DNA from: Eukaryota sp. TZLM1-RC
Lineage: Eukaryota; Protista; Metamonada: BaSk clade
NCBI GenBank assembly: GCA_040285825.1
Contig: JAUPSS010000004.1
Location: 5,857,784 to 5,921,783 of the forward strand
DNA length: 64,000 nt
Direction of reading: 5' to 3'
The notes under the pieces: generated by a model
Databases searched by the model: none
Told to the model about the DNA's origin: nothing
The model's input: the letters and a program-made list of their open reading frames with translations, nothing else
In this document: positions 25,200 to 37,656 of the stretch, piece after piece
Layout: every line of letters begins with the position of its first letter
Position numbering within the stretch: position 1 is the stretch's first letter
Translations under genes and position numbers: made by a program

Positions 25200-25460
25200 A
25201 TATTTATTGAACATGCACACTTAATTCAATTAATTCATAACTAATGGGACGAATATCATTGAACCAAGATTTTCTCTACAAAATCTTGATCTGCTTGCTG
25301 TCTAGCTAACATTTCTCTTATTCGATTGAAAAACGGAGGTAATCTACTAATAATGGCAAATTGAATCCGAGAACGCCATAAAAAAATGTCAAATCTTTTC
25401 ATTGTTTTTTATTGAACCATTGTTTGGAAGTCATTCAAAATAATTTCTACTTCATCTTTT
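25200..25460 (-). mobile_element. 3' tail of non-LTR family A
   Basis: Matches ~19970-20220. Confidence 0.85.
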
Positions 25461-25469
25461 TTTAGTATT

Positions 25470-27110
25470 TTTATTTATTCCAATAAAAAACAAACTATAC
25501 GACAAGTTTAAAATTCTATGTCTTCATAACCCCAATCAGCCAAGAAGAATTGACAGGAGGTTTTTCTTTCATAAACGCGTCCAAGAGATAACAAAGCTGA
25601 AGATAATAAGAGAACAACAACTTGGAAAATTGAAAATACAATTCTGTTTTGCCAAAAACTCTTGTCAAAAACTGTTCCAGTATGTTGCTTTACACTTTCA
25701 ACAAAATCATCCAGAAAAGACAAAGCAAGAGGTCCAAGCGTGCCATGAAGAGAAACTGAAAATGGACAGAGGACATAGTGAGTATACGATTCTGCATTCA
25801 AGGATAACAATTTTGCTTTGTATTTGTCAATTTTAGCTATTTCGGAAACAGTTAAGGGGTTCTTATTTTTTGATTGAGCCATTGGAATAAAAGAATCATT
25901 ACATACATTAGTGGATCTCATATCTGTAATAATGGTAGTACTTTCAAGACCTTCAAGAATTAAATCACCTCTATTTCGACTATAACGAATTCAAAGTATC
26001 TTCATGGTTGATCGCAGTCTGTACTTCAGATGAATTCATCGGAGCATCAATCCAAAACTTGCAAGTTTTTGGCTTTGGACAACAAAAATTTTCCACAGGA
26101 TGAAGATTTTTCAATTTTCTATTTGTGTCATCAGAAGGCTCCAATTAAAAGGAGAAAATAGCTTTTTTAGCTGAACCATAACGGCCTCTGAGACACATTT
26201 TTTTACCAATTGGGTTTTTTGTGCACGTGACGATGAAAGTCTCGTTTTACGTGGTTTCTTCAAAAAAGACTTTTTTTGCAAAAAATTTCCACAAATCAGT
26301 AATGGCCCAATTATTGTTATTCTTTAATTGAGAAGAAAATTTTCGCAGTTCCAAAGTCAAAGGAATGGAACTTGTGGGGCTGGTGTCAACAAAAACTTTC
26401 ACAAAGGGTTTCAAGGTATCCTTGGCAGTTCATGATTTGCAAAATCAAACTGGCCGACCGTTGACTGACTCAGTTAGATCTCTTGAACAAAAAATACAAG
26501 TGTTAGGAAGACGAACTGGAGCATCATGATCAACGTTAGACAAGGTTAAAGAATTAGAATTCAAATCTTCCGCAAATATGTTTGAATTTTGAGGCTCAGT
26601 ATTTATTAACGAAGATTCAAACACAAATTTTTCAGTATTAAGTTCCTCATTATCTTTTAATTTTTTCTTACAAATCAAAATATTATGTGACGAATCACCA
26701 CAATGACTACATTTATAAATTCTCTTCTTTCTTGATAGTTTATCAGGAGGTGCAGCAGAAGTAAAAGAAGAATTTTTCATTAAAGCTTTGCTTTTTTGGG
26801 ATCTTGAAATGGTGTTTTGACTTAAGGGAGAAGGATCTGTGGGCACCTCAGATAACTTGGAATGATTTCTGGAAAAAATGATTTTTTGGTGATGTTAATT
26901 TCAAATTTTTTTACCCGAAAATGAAGAAAGAGAAAGTGGTGTAGGAAGAGGGGATAAGTTAGGCGAATTCTGAACCATCACGGGACGGCTACGAAACTCT
27001 GCGTCATGATTCCACTCAGGTGAACTTAATGCGTGATGCATCTTTAAAGCCACAGGGACAAGTACAACAGCGAGCGACAAACAGAGGGGGTATGAAAGGT
27101 GGGAGGAAGA
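25470..27110 (-). mobile_element. Internally deleted CRE-like non-LTR element (5' leader, CCHC knuckle ORF, RLE tail)
   Basis: ORF 26445-26846 has CSHCGDSSHNILIC. ORF 25508-25921 has NPL..E.AKI.KY..CPFSVS..WQNRIVF..EDIEF. RT core is missing. Confidence 0.7.
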
Positions 27111-27111
27111 A

Positions 27112-28165
27112 AATAATCTTCCATTTATCGAAAATGGGAAAGCAATAAAAACTAGCTGTGTATTTCCATCAGCATTAACTTTTTCAATATCATTTTCATA
27201 TTTTCTATGATTTTCTTTTGCTTTAAAATCAAGAGCACTCACAGGATTAAGTTTTCTTCTGTGAACCAAAGTATCATTTGCAACATTACACGAGACAAAA
27301 TCAACAATAACTTCAGAATTATCAGTCCAATCACAGTAAACATCACCTCTATCATCAAAACCAAAATTATTCAAAAAAATTGTTTCCTTCAGCAGAGGCT
27401 CTTTGATACACGATATTCTTGCAGTTTGTGCCATATTGAAAACAGTGTCTCTAACAGAATCATGTAATGAAGAACGATAAGTTATCAATTTACAGCAATT
27501 CAGAGCATGGTGAAAAGTGAGTTGTGTTGTACTGTGGACAATAAGTCTAGTATAGACTTCACTAGTGATGGCCTTTATAAGGGCCAGTGAATTTTAAATC
27601 AATATTCTTTATCCCGCTTTATTGTTTCACATGACACAAACAGCATCAGTTGAGGTGAATTCGAACATTTTTCTTTTGATAATAATTGATTAATGGGGAT
27701 ATTCAAATATAATCTCATTTTTGTTACAAATGCTTCATTAGTGTCACACAATCCAAATCTTCGTGGTACAATGGTTACAAAAAGTGAAGAATCTGATGAC
27801 TTATTTTCACAAACACCCTTTTTCAATAACAATAAGTGAAGATCTTGATTTAAAACAGCCGACCTGCATACATTATTATAAAGTTCATTTTCATACAATC
27901 CAGTCAATCGTTTCTGTAATGTTCGAAGAGTGTATTTTAAATTTAACAAATTCTTTTCTGGAATATTGCCATTGAATGATTGGGGAAAGCTTTGACTCCA
28001 TTTTTCTACATCAATTTTTGAAATTTCTTCATTTACTGCAAAAACAGTGGAACTTTGCGTTGCCATCAATAAATCTTCCCAATCTGCAAATCTTTCGGAA
28101 AACTCAAAGATTGCATTTCTGCATCCACCAAAAAGCACACGAAGTAAGAATAGAAGCCTTCGTGG
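27112..28165 (-). mobile_element. Internal fragment of non-LTR family A carrying a solo-LTR insertion
   Basis: ORFs 27599-28231 and 26901-27488 match family A. Confidence 0.9.
27525..27648. mobile_element. 124-bp insertion, probable solo LTR (TG...CA, 4-bp TSD GTTG)
   Basis: Other family A copies read GTGAGTTGAGGTG. Here GTTG is duplicated around TGTTG...CATCA. AATAAA on the minus strand. Confidence 0.75.
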
Positions 28166-29359
28166 AAACAAACTGCAAATAAACAAAATTTTATCCAAAC
28201 AATTAATGAACTTCACACTAATGGTGGTCACTCTAAAACCATAAAATTCTTTCTCCCTTTTCCCACCTATTGTCTTTAGCTTTTGAGTTTAAAAATCATA
28301 TTGTTTTTAAAAGTAAACAATGCACTGGTTCTATCAAATGCAGTCCGTTTAAATTGTTTTGGATTTTTCCACCAGAAGCATGGACCGTTGCTGTATTGTA
28401 TTATTATTTTTGTATTTTTTTGCTGTATCTTCGCGTCGTTTTTGAGCCAATTGTTCAGCAGTCAATAGGGTCTTACATTTTATCCCTTAAACGAAATTTG
28501 AACATCATTTTTACAAAGATATTTGACCGGCTTTGTCCCCCCTTTAGAACATGTATAGTAATTGGGGTATTCGCCTCCAAATGTGATGGTTTAATGTCCA
28601 AAGATGTTCAAGGTCCATGCAGTCGTTTGGATACAGGGTGATACATAGAGATATACAACATATCTCCATCAATCTGTGAATATAGTTCATTTCAGTGAAC
28701 AATAATCGCCCCTGAACGATTTTTAACGATTTCCTCAAAAACTTTTTTCATGTTTAGACCCACGAAGAAAGTCTTTTTTTCAGCAGTTTCATTGAATTGA
28801 TGATCAACAAATTGGTGAAAAAAATGTATTTCTTGTATTTCAAAATTTCTTGTTGATAAATGCTGGTAACTCCAAGGTGAGGCAACTTTTCCAAGTTAAT
28901 AAATTCCATCCAATGTCTTCTTTCGTAATAGGAATACATCTTCGTACCACCACTTATTGTGCTTCTGTGTTTGACTATCACTTCATGTTCTGCAAAGGAA
29001 AGTGATGATCATGGTTACTTCTCTTAATCACGTACCCGATGATCCGAACACATTAATCTAAGCTAATAAATAGACATGTTTCTCGTGACGCGTAAATTGA
29101 ATTTACAGTATAAACTCAATCCCAAGATATCAACAATGCCCAACAGTGGTCCCAATTTGATGAAATGTTCCATTCATATACATAAAAATACAAAGACAAA
29201 AAATATATAAAAACTTTACATTAAATTTTAACAAACAAAACTACACACCCCAAGCCAGCCCAAGTCAGCCAAAAAAACTGACTGGATGATGTTCTCTCAA
29301 AAAAACTGTTAAGAGATAGACAAACTTCACACAACCTCAATAACCAATCCTATACTACC

Positions 29360-32300
29360 TTAGTAAAATGTAAACTGGCAAAGTGGACACCGTTGCGAGT
29401 CTGATGAATTAAACCATTTTTTCAAACAATACCCATGAAACCTATTTTTACAATTCTCACATTGCTTTTGGGGTATACTGCCATCTGTTTGAAGGAAAAC
29501 TGAAAAACAAACACTACACACTTCACACGAATCAAATGGTTCTAAACAATCTTTGAGGGCGAGGATAGTAGAGACAAAATATGATGAAGAGTGACTACTT
29601 GTCTCAAATGCGCAAATTTTGGAGTTAAGATCACTAATAGAACTGCTTTCACTTATACGAGCCATTACAGAGACCACGATCCGCCTTAAATCCGCCCTTT
29701 GAGCAAAATAATTCGGGGAAATTGAAAACACTGGTGGTTTTAATGGAAATTCTTTGGGATATGTTAAATAAAACTGGCCAGTACTATGATTTTCTTCTTC
29801 GCGAGTAATAGAAATTTCAATTATATAGGGATTGATCAGAGAGGATTTGAGTTGAATATTGGGGGAATCATAAAATTTGACAATTTTGAGCTGTTCAAGT
29901 GCGAAATATTCACTAGAAAATGTCAATTTCGAAAAATTTGGAGAAGAGATCACTTTAGAGATGTACTTGAAAAATTTGGAGTCTTTTGTTCCCACAAATT
30001 CCCGGAACTGCGTACAGAAATAATGAATAGAATAATAAAATAAAACAAGTGGTAAATTAATGAAATTTTCAACAACTTCTGATAATTGGTCAAAATCAAG
30101 GTCATAATCAACAAGATCTAGCTCAATAAGAGGAAAATACAAGACTGCTAGCTCAAAAATCGAGAATATACAAGACTTTATAGAGCCTTTAACTTGTTTT
30201 TTCCTATTAATTATTGTCTTTAAAATCAAATAACCCAAACAAAATAATCCCTTCTCTTGGCTAGAAAGGGTAAAATCAGTAGAAAATTCAATTTCCTTTT
30301 GGGCATTGTAAAATTGAAGAGCTTTTGGAGTGAAAATATTACTGATTTGGTTCAAAGAGACTGGAAAAGAGCTCAAATGAACCAAAAATTTAGGGAAATA
30401 ATTGGACAAAAGTTCAAAGGCAGTTGATGAAAGTCCAGAAAAGTCAAGAGAATTCTTGGTAAAAGAGCTTATAAATGAAAGGAAACCAGGTTCATAATCA
30501 AAGTTAAATATGATTGAATCACCAAAGTAAGACAAATCAGCAATTATTTGAGAAAATATTTTAAAAAATATGGAACTTAAGCATGAATCTGAATTAATAA
30601 CAAATTGGTACGAATATTTGAAAAGTGATCCCCTAATGATCCCTTCAAAAAGGGAAACTTCATCAATCAAATCACAATCATTATCGAAGAAATCAATCAA
30701 ATTCTCAATCAACTGCTTTGACAATTGAATCTGTATGTTGTGGATTGAAGAAATGTAAAGCAAAATATGAATTTCGGAAATTTTAAGGTTTTTTCTAGTC
30801 AAAATGGAAGAGATCAAATCAGTTGAAATTTCAAGACTGTGAAGTTTTTGATCAAAGAAATGCTCAATCATCAAACTTAAATTTTCTTTGTTAACCCCAT
30901 CGACAAGACTTTTAAAGACTGAAAACAAGACATTTGTTGAAGATTCTAAAAATTGAGGTGAAATTTTGAGAAAAACAGCGGTTGTGAGCCCTTGAAGTGT
31001 CAATAGAGTGTCTTGACGTAGGCAAATTTTGGAAATACAGCTCACTAAAAGATCACAATTGACAAGTGACAATGATTGAACCAAAAATTCACCCAATTCT
31101 GTGGAAAATTTTACCTTTTGATTGAAATTTTCCAAAAATAACAACACAATTGGGTTTGAAATCCAATCGAATAAAGACTTTGTTGATAAATATAGAGACT
31201 TATTTTCCTTAATAGAATTTAATATTAAACCACCAAAATTAACAACAATTATTTCCAACATTTCTTCATTAATAAGATTTGGGAATAGTAAAATAGTCAA
31301 AAGATTGAAATCATTCGTATTTAAATCTTTTGAATCTTTAATTTCGAGTGTGAAATGTGACAAAATGTTTAATAAAAGACAAAGATCGTTGGAATGAAGA
31401 TTTGAGCTAGAAATACAATGGTCAATAATGGTCAAAAAGTCGAGGGAATTTTGAACTGACAACTTGTCACCAGGTTTAAGGGGGTTATGTTTAGCATTGA
31501 TAAAGAGCTCAACAAAAATTTGGTGAAAATTTGATGGTATTGTTCTAGTTCCTTGAATCAAATTAACCAAAATTTCAATAGAATTCTTGTCAAAATGATT
31601 GCAATTTCTGATTGATTCAGGACATAGGTAGGAAATATCTATTTTGCAGAGTGTTAAAAATTTAGTATAGCTCATGCTTGACAAATTTTCCATCAGATAA
31701 CTGCAAATGGAAACTAAGAGTTCATTAATCAGATCATCTGATTGATTGATTTGATTGAAGAGTTGAATAACAACATCAACAAGTAAATCAATAGGGATCA
31801 TTGGTAAAAATTTGGTGGTATCACTGCCACGTGTTACCAACAAACCAGTGATATTCAATAGTGAACACTCAGAAATATTCAAAGAACAACAATGTTCCAA
31901 AAACAAATTCTTTACACGGTCAGAAAGAGTCAAAAAGAAGTTCAAAATTCTATCAAAGTCAAGGGAAGTCTCTTGACTGTTTAAGGAATTAATTAATTTT
32001 GTTATTAATTCGGGAACAAAAATTTCATCATCCAATACTGGAGCAATTGGAAGAAATAATTCCAAAAAATTGTCGCTATTGACTAAATATTTAACTAAGT
32101 GTGTCACAATTGAATTTTGGGAAGAAGAGCGCACAAAAGAGCTCACTGTAGCATTTGTAGAAAATTTGAATAAAAGATGGAAAAATTGTGCAAAAGTAGT
32201 GTAATCAATCAAGTTCAAATGATCAGTTGACAATTCAAAACACTCAATCAATGACGTGACGGATGATGTGTCACTCTGAGCTGATGACGACATCAAATGG

Positions 32301-33337
32301 TCAACAAAGGTGACCAAATTGCGAATAAACTCAATAATTAAGTCCACGTTTAATGGTTTGAATTTCAATAATTTAGTCAAAAATGAAGGTAATAATGGTA
32401 ATATTTCGGGGTCAACTGACTTTTGTTGAATTTTCTTGACTATTTTAGAATAAACAGAAGAAGAAACTTCATCAATTGGTGAAACTAATATGACCGCAAA
32501 AGCGTAAACACAGAGTGAATCAGACAGTAAATCAATCAATTTTGATAGAATAAGGGCTTTCCAATCAAGATAATCACCTTTTTGAACTAACGACCAAAAT
32601 TCTGGACTTCTCATGACTTCTAAACAAGAAATTCGAAGAAAATCAGGGTAACCACAAGAAATAAACTTGACCAAACTATTCTTGGCTTTCTTACCAGAAC
32701 TTAACAACAAAGAGACTAAATCATCATTAATTTCTGAACTATTTTCAATTAAAAACTTAAAAATACAAACTCCTGCATTCTGGGCTAAACACAAACTTTC
32801 AAAAGCTTCATCCTTCGTGTAGCCTTCTCTAACCAGCTCGTTGGGGTCGACTTGGAGAAAAGACAGAGCTGAAGAAGAAAGAAGTGTGGAGAACTGAGTG
32901 ACGAGCTTGGAATTACCTGATTTGAAGAGAGACTGCCATGAGGAGAGAGCGCGGGTGGAGGTATCAGAAGTGGGGTCATAATGTTGAGCAAGCCAGAAGG
33001 GAAGAATATGGGGGAGACAGGGGCGCAGGGAAGGCTTGGGGGTAGAGGAGAGGGATTGGAAGAAGCGAGCTGTGTAGAGTCGTACACGGGGGTTAGGGTC
33101 AAAGATGAGACGGGGGAAAACATTTAAGAGGGACTTACAGAGAGGAAGGATGTGGGAGGGATCTATCGAAGTTGAGAGTTCTTGTAAAGCTTTGGTTCGA
33201 GTTGTTTCAGACTTTTTCCGAAGTTTTTGAACAATGAAAGCTAGTTCTGGAGGTAGTTCATCAGTCAGTAGAGCTGCAGAATGAGAGTTAATAGACTTTG
33301 ACCCAGTTAAAAGAGAGGCAGCTTGGGAAACACGCAT
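29360..33337 (-). CDS. LTN1: Listerin E3 ubiquitin ligase (ribosome quality control)
   Basis: N-terminal KLRKKSETTRTKALQEL and D.N.RVR; long HEAT-like body; RWD-like YPKEFPLKPP; C-terminal RING CSVCF..CENCKNRFHGYCLKKWF..S...CPLC. First ATG at 33337. Confidence 0.93.
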   Translation of the reverse strand: MRVSQAASLLTGSKSINSHSAALLTDELPPELAFIVQKLRKKSETTRTKALQELSTSIDPSHILPLCKSLLNVFPRLIFDPNPRVRLYTARFFQSLSSTPKPSLRPCLPHILPFWLAQHYDPTSDTSTRALSSWQSLFKSGNSKLVTQFSTLLSSSALSFLQVDPNELVREGYTKDEAFESLCLAQNAGVCIFKFLIENSSEINDDLVSLLLSSGKKAKNSLVKFISCGYPDFLRISCLEVMRSPEFWSLVQKGDYLDWKALILSKLIDLLSDSLCVYAFAVILVSPIDEVSSSVYSKIVKKIQQKSVDPEILPLLPSFLTKLLKFKPLNVDLIIEFIRNLVTFVDHLMSSSAQSDTSSVTSLIECFELSTDHLNLIDYTTFAQFFHLLFKFSTNATVSSFVRSSSQNSIVTHLVKYLVNSDNFLELFLPIAPVLDDEIFVPELITKLINSLNSQETSLDFDRILNFFLTLSDRVKNLFLEHCCSLNISECSLLNITGLLVTRGSDTTKFLPMIPIDLLVDVVIQLFNQINQSDDLINELLVSICSYLMENLSSMSYTKFLTLCKIDISYLCPESIRNCNHFDKNSIEILVNLIQGTRTIPSNFHQIFVELFINAKHNPLKPGDKLSVQNSLDFLTIIDHCISSSNLHSNDLCLLLNILSHFTLEIKDSKDLNTNDFNLLTILLFPNLINEEMLEIIVVNFGGLILNSIKENKSLYLSTKSLFDWISNPIVLLFLENFNQKVKFSTELGEFLVQSLSLVNCDLLVSCISKICLRQDTLLTLQGLTTAVFLKISPQFLESSTNVLFSVFKSLVDGVNKENLSLMIEHFFDQKLHSLEISTDLISSILTRKNLKISEIHILLYISSIHNIQIQLSKQLIENLIDFFDNDCDLIDEVSLFEGIIRGSLFKYSYQFVINSDSCLSSIFFKIFSQIIADLSYFGDSIIFNFDYEPGFLSFISSFTKNSLDFSGLSSTAFELLSNYFPKFLVHLSSFPVSLNQISNIFTPKALQFYNAQKEIEFSTDFTLSSQEKGLFCLGYLILKTIINRKKQVKGSIKSCIFSIFELAVLYFPLIELDLVDYDLDFDQLSEVVENFINLPLVLFYYSIHYFCTQFREFVGTKDSKFFKYISKVISSPNFSKLTFSSEYFALEQLKIVKFYDSPNIQLKSSLINPYIIEISITREEENHSTGQFYLTYPKEFPLKPPVFSISPNYFAQRADLRRIVVSVMARISESSSISDLNSKICAFETSSHSSSYFVSTILALKDCLEPFDSCEVCSVCFSVFLQTDGSIPQKQCENCKNRFHGYCLKKWFNSSDSQRCPLCQFTFY

Positions 33338-34574
33338 TTGAGAGGAGTAGTGTGATTGAAATATTTGATTCAACCAAGCATTCTTTTGAACCAAGCGGCT
33401 CAGTTTACTTTTCTGTTGTTGACAATACTAAAATTGATGAATGGAAAGCATATTTACTGATCTTAAAAACCGAATGGCTAATTCATTATGCCATTTGTCC
33501 ATTTACATTTTCCTAACACAACTACCATAGACCAATGCTTTATCTTTCTTATATGATTTATTGAAAATGTGAGACAGCGCACAGGAAGAATTTTGGACAA
33601 GACGTTTTTGGGGGAACAGAATTTTATTTTCTATAATCAAAGGTGTCGTCCCCTTATTATCTTGTGCTTTGTTATTTCTTGGTCGTTTCTATGGAGAAAA
33701 GATTCCATTCAAAACCTTTTGGCTGATTTTGGGTAAATGATTTAGAATTTTGAGTTTTGTTTAGTTTCTCGGTGGATAAAATTGATTTTCGAAAAAATGA
33801 AACAAGAATTAATGAGATGTGTTACTGATAAATCAGCCTCGAAAATTCACTTTCCTCAATCACAAAACCAAGGAATTGAGTATTGAGTGATTGAATAAAG
33901 GACCATCACTTGAACCAAAAGTTAGATGCTGTATCAGAGTGGTTATTTCTTAAAACGGAAATGTATTGTGATTATCATACAAATTGTTCCAACTGAGTAT
34001 TCAGCTCAATGTGAGATAATAACAATCAATAATAGTGTTTATTAAATATTCAATCAAAACTAATTGAACAAATTGCGATATCTCGAAGTTTGTAATGGTT
34101 CTATTTTCTAGTTTTTTACCAATTAACTATTTGCGAAAATGACTACGCAAAAACAAATTCCAAACTTTTTTTGTGATTGTTCGATACAGTAATAAACTTT
34201 TCAACGTAAGTTTGTTCGACTATGACTCTTCCTGTTCCTTCAGGATTCTTGTTTCACAGTCCAAAAAGCAACCACTCCATGAGAAACAACCTAGACTTTT
34301 ATGATGTCATTTATGATTATTGATCTTATAGATCTATTTTGCATTTAGTTATAGTTTTATTGAATAAAGATTATTATAAATGAAGAAACAATAATTGGCA
34401 AGGATTGAACACCCCTTGTAGGAGCAAGGACAGTGGGCTGTTATGATGTCATGATAAAGGGTTTCAGTGTTATCTTCAATTGTGTATAAATATAGTCATC
34501 AAGAGTGGTTGTTGTTGGTTTATATGTTTGAAACCTAAAATCTTCACAAAAACTTTATTTAATTAGGTACTAAA

Positions 34575-35954
34575 CTAAGGTTCTAACCGAGTGGGATCTC
34601 TAGGAAACATTGAGGTCTTTCGAACATTATGTAGACCCAAGAACAACATGACTAATCGTTCCAAACCAATACCAGCACCGCCATGGGGAGGAGCGCCATA
34701 CTTAAAAGCGTCAATGTAATACTTTAAGGTACCTACATCGATTCCACATTGAGCAGCTCGTTCAGCAACAACAGCGGGGTCATGAATTCTCTGCGCTCCA
34801 CTAGTAATCTCTTCTCCGCGAAGGAAAACATCATAAGAGCGACTGTACTGAGGGTCGTCATCAGCAGGCATGGTGTAGAAAGGACGAGCAGCAGAAGGGA
34901 AACGGTCAAGAATGAAGAAATCAGTATCGTGCTTATCACGAACCAACTTGCCTAAAAGTTTTTCATTAACAGTAGAGAGATCATCAAAATCACCCACTTC
35001 AGCACCAGCTTCTCTTAGCATAGCAACGGCCTCAGGAAAGTCAAGGCGAACAGCGGGCCATTTAAGCTTGATTGGCTCGTAATCATGCTGGGTAGCCATT
35101 ACCTTGATTAAAGAATCGCACCTTTCCAAAAGACCTTCAAAGATGTGTCTGAAGAGACCTTCCAGCATGTCTAATACTTCATGATAGTGATCAAAAATCT
35201 CCATTTCGAGATCCAAACCCACAAACTCGCACAAGTGGCGATGTGTGAGCGAGTTTTCAGCTCTGAAAACAGGGCCAATTTCAAACACTCTTGAAAAACC
35301 TGAAGCAACTGCCATTTGCTTGTAGAGTTGAGGGGATTGTGCCAAGCACCCGTCTCTGTCAAAGTATTTGAACTTGAACACGGCAGATCCACCTTCTGAA
35401 CTACCTGCAATAAGTTTTGGGGACTGGATCTCCATGAAATCGTGCTCAAGAAGGTATTCTCGGAAGAGCTTACATGTTTCTGCTTTAATTCTCATAATAG
35501 CCTGGTTCGCAGGTGTTCTGAGATCCAAAGCACGAGCATTGAGTCTAGTGGGTTGAGCAACAGTAATGATGCTTTCATCTTCTGTCTCCTTGTGCATGGC
35601 ATCTTCCACAGTGAAGACTAAACGAGGATCGGGTTGAACAATGGTGGTGTAACTCTCGATTTGGATTTCGGCCTTCTTGAGATCAGCGGTCTGAATCTCC
35701 TTTTCCACTGGAGCTACTACACCGGTAACATCGATGATGGTTTCGCGGGGAAGCTTTTGAAGAGATTTAACAAGTGGCTTGGGAAGATTTTCAGACACGA
35801 AGGCACATGCCTGAACAAGATATACGGTGTCACGAAGAACAAGAAATGCAGCATTACCTTTACCTCTGACGTTATGTACACGAGCACGGAAGACTATACT
35901 CTTGTTAAGGTAATCCTCATATTTGTTAACAAGATCGGAAACAGAGACACGCAT
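34575..35954 (-). CDS. DARS1: Cytosolic aspartyl-tRNA synthetase
   Basis: OB-fold N-terminus, SEGG..VF, LAQSPQLYKQM, FRAENS.THRHL.EF, EITSGAQRIH, PPHGG.GIGLER, FPRDP.RL.P. First ATG at 35954. Confidence 0.97.
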   Translation of the reverse strand: MRVSVSDLVNKYEDYLNKSIVFRARVHNVRGKGNAAFLVLRDTVYLVQACAFVSENLPKPLVKSLQKLPRETIIDVTGVVAPVEKEIQTADLKKAEIQIESYTTIVQPDPRLVFTVEDAMHKETEDESIITVAQPTRLNARALDLRTPANQAIMRIKAETCKLFREYLLEHDFMEIQSPKLIAGSSEGGSAVFKFKYFDRDGCLAQSPQLYKQMAVASGFSRVFEIGPVFRAENSLTHRHLCEFVGLDLEMEIFDHYHEVLDMLEGLFRHIFEGLLERCDSLIKVMATQHDYEPIKLKWPAVRLDFPEAVAMLREAGAEVGDFDDLSTVNEKLLGKLVRDKHDTDFFILDRFPSAARPFYTMPADDDPQYSRSYDVFLRGEEITSGAQRIHDPAVVAERAAQCGIDVGTLKYYIDAFKYGAPPHGGAGIGLERLVMLFLGLHNVRKTSMFPRDPTRLEP

Positions 35955-36179
35955 TTGTGATTGGGAAAACTGTTTGATTTCAATTTTTTTGCGATTATAT
36001 TTTATTCCGGAAACAGACACATTTTAAAACTAGACAACAAACCTTAGCTAAACCTTTTACCTACACTAACCCCATCAATTGAATGACGGGACATTTTCAC
36101 TGTTGACTTGAATAGCAACTCGCTTGTTTTAAAATTCTGTTATTCAAAATGGAGTTAATATAACGAGGAAGAGCTTAGT

Positions 36180-37480
36180 CTTAGCCTACATCCAATTTTT
36201 GTTCAACTCAAGTTGCAATTTCCAGAAATTGAAATTGTGGCATATGAGGATGATGTTTCCTTAATAGGTTCTTCTCATCTAGTTCAAGAAGCAACAAATT
36301 TGTTTGGAATCTTAGCTTATCGCATTGGCCTTGAACTTAATCCATCGAAATGCCAAGTTCTTGGTAGAAAAAGTGATTTTATCTCTTTTGATGCAGTTGA
36401 ATTGCCATTTGTGAACTATGACAATGATTGTAATGAATTGTAAGGAACATTAATAGGTAATGAGGAAATCATCGCTGAGTCGTTGAAATATAAGGTTGAA
36501 AAAGCTTCTGTTGAACTTGAACAAATTCAAAGTTTACCTTTGAAGAAACATATTTTCTTGTTGATAGACTATGTTTTGGTTCACAAAATAACCACTTAAT
36601 TCGTTCCATTCCTCCAAATTTGACAACTCATTGTGTTCAACAGAATTTGACCAAAAGAACTCAGTTTTTAAGGTCAGTACTAAACATCAATAAAATTGAT
36701 GATATTCCCTTTCATGCTTTTGGATCGCATGATTACGGTGGTATTGGTCTAACTCGTTCATCTATTTTTAAATGCTGCGTTTTTAGGCGGAATGAAGAAC
36801 TTTTTATATGAACTTGACTTAAGGTTTTCTCCTCAATAGATTTATTTTGCTTATAACTCTTCTTCAGTTGCGACAAAATTTGTACGTACTTTTTTTAGAA
36901 AATTGTTCTAATCATCTCTGGAAATCTTTATTTTCCTCAAAAGTGGACTTTTCCTCAATTGAAATTAAAGATTTACCAAATTTTTTAAGAACTGTTCCGA
37001 AACTACAGAAGAAAATTATTAATTATTTAGAAGCTGAATCACTGAACAATCAAATTAACTTGGCTAACAACTCCGGCGATTCCTTTTTGAAATTATTTTT
37101 GTGTTCTTTGTGTAATTTATATTCTTTTCAAAACAGTTCATCTTGCTTGATAACTCAAGTTCCTCGCCGTTTTGGATTACTGCTTTCGGATATTCAATTT
37201 TTGACAGTTATGCGAATTAGACTTACTCTTCCTCCTCCTCAATGCTTATCATATATGAAATGTAAATGTGGTGCTTATGCTTCTTTTGTTCATGTTATTT
37301 CCTGCTGCAAATTCACTCAAAACAGATCAATTATCCACAATGCTGTTCGTGATTGTATTTACGTTTTGTCAAAATGTGCTCATCACCCAGTCCGTTTTGG
37401 AACTATCGTTTGATAAGCTCTCTTCAACCATCTCATTATACAAACCTCATAACACAAATTTTTTTAACCTGAACCCAACT
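36180..37480 (+). mobile_element. Decayed CRE-like non-LTR fragment (family D)
   Basis: IVAYEDD, GLELNPSKC, GGIGL, VPRRFGL, CKC..HVISC, RSIIHNAVRD. Confidence 0.8.
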
Positions 37481-37656
37481 TGAATCTCGAATCTGGGTTC
37501 AAAAACTGATCAGAAACCTGAACAATCAGATAATTTGTTCAATAAAGATGATGATACTAACAACGACCTAGAGTTAGACTTACAACAACCCTACAAACTT
37601 CGAAAGCAATTTTATGAATTTTCAATTTCCCGGCAAACGGCTTGATAGTAGTTAAC

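Noticed and set aside
28270-29100. Gene or transposase on the minus strand with a possible ~46-nt intron
   Set aside because: Fragmented frames with no recognisable motifs.
34295-34460. Repeated TTATGATGTCAT as a solo LTR or snoRNA
   Set aside because: No TSD, no matching D box arrangement; a short AT-rich match only.
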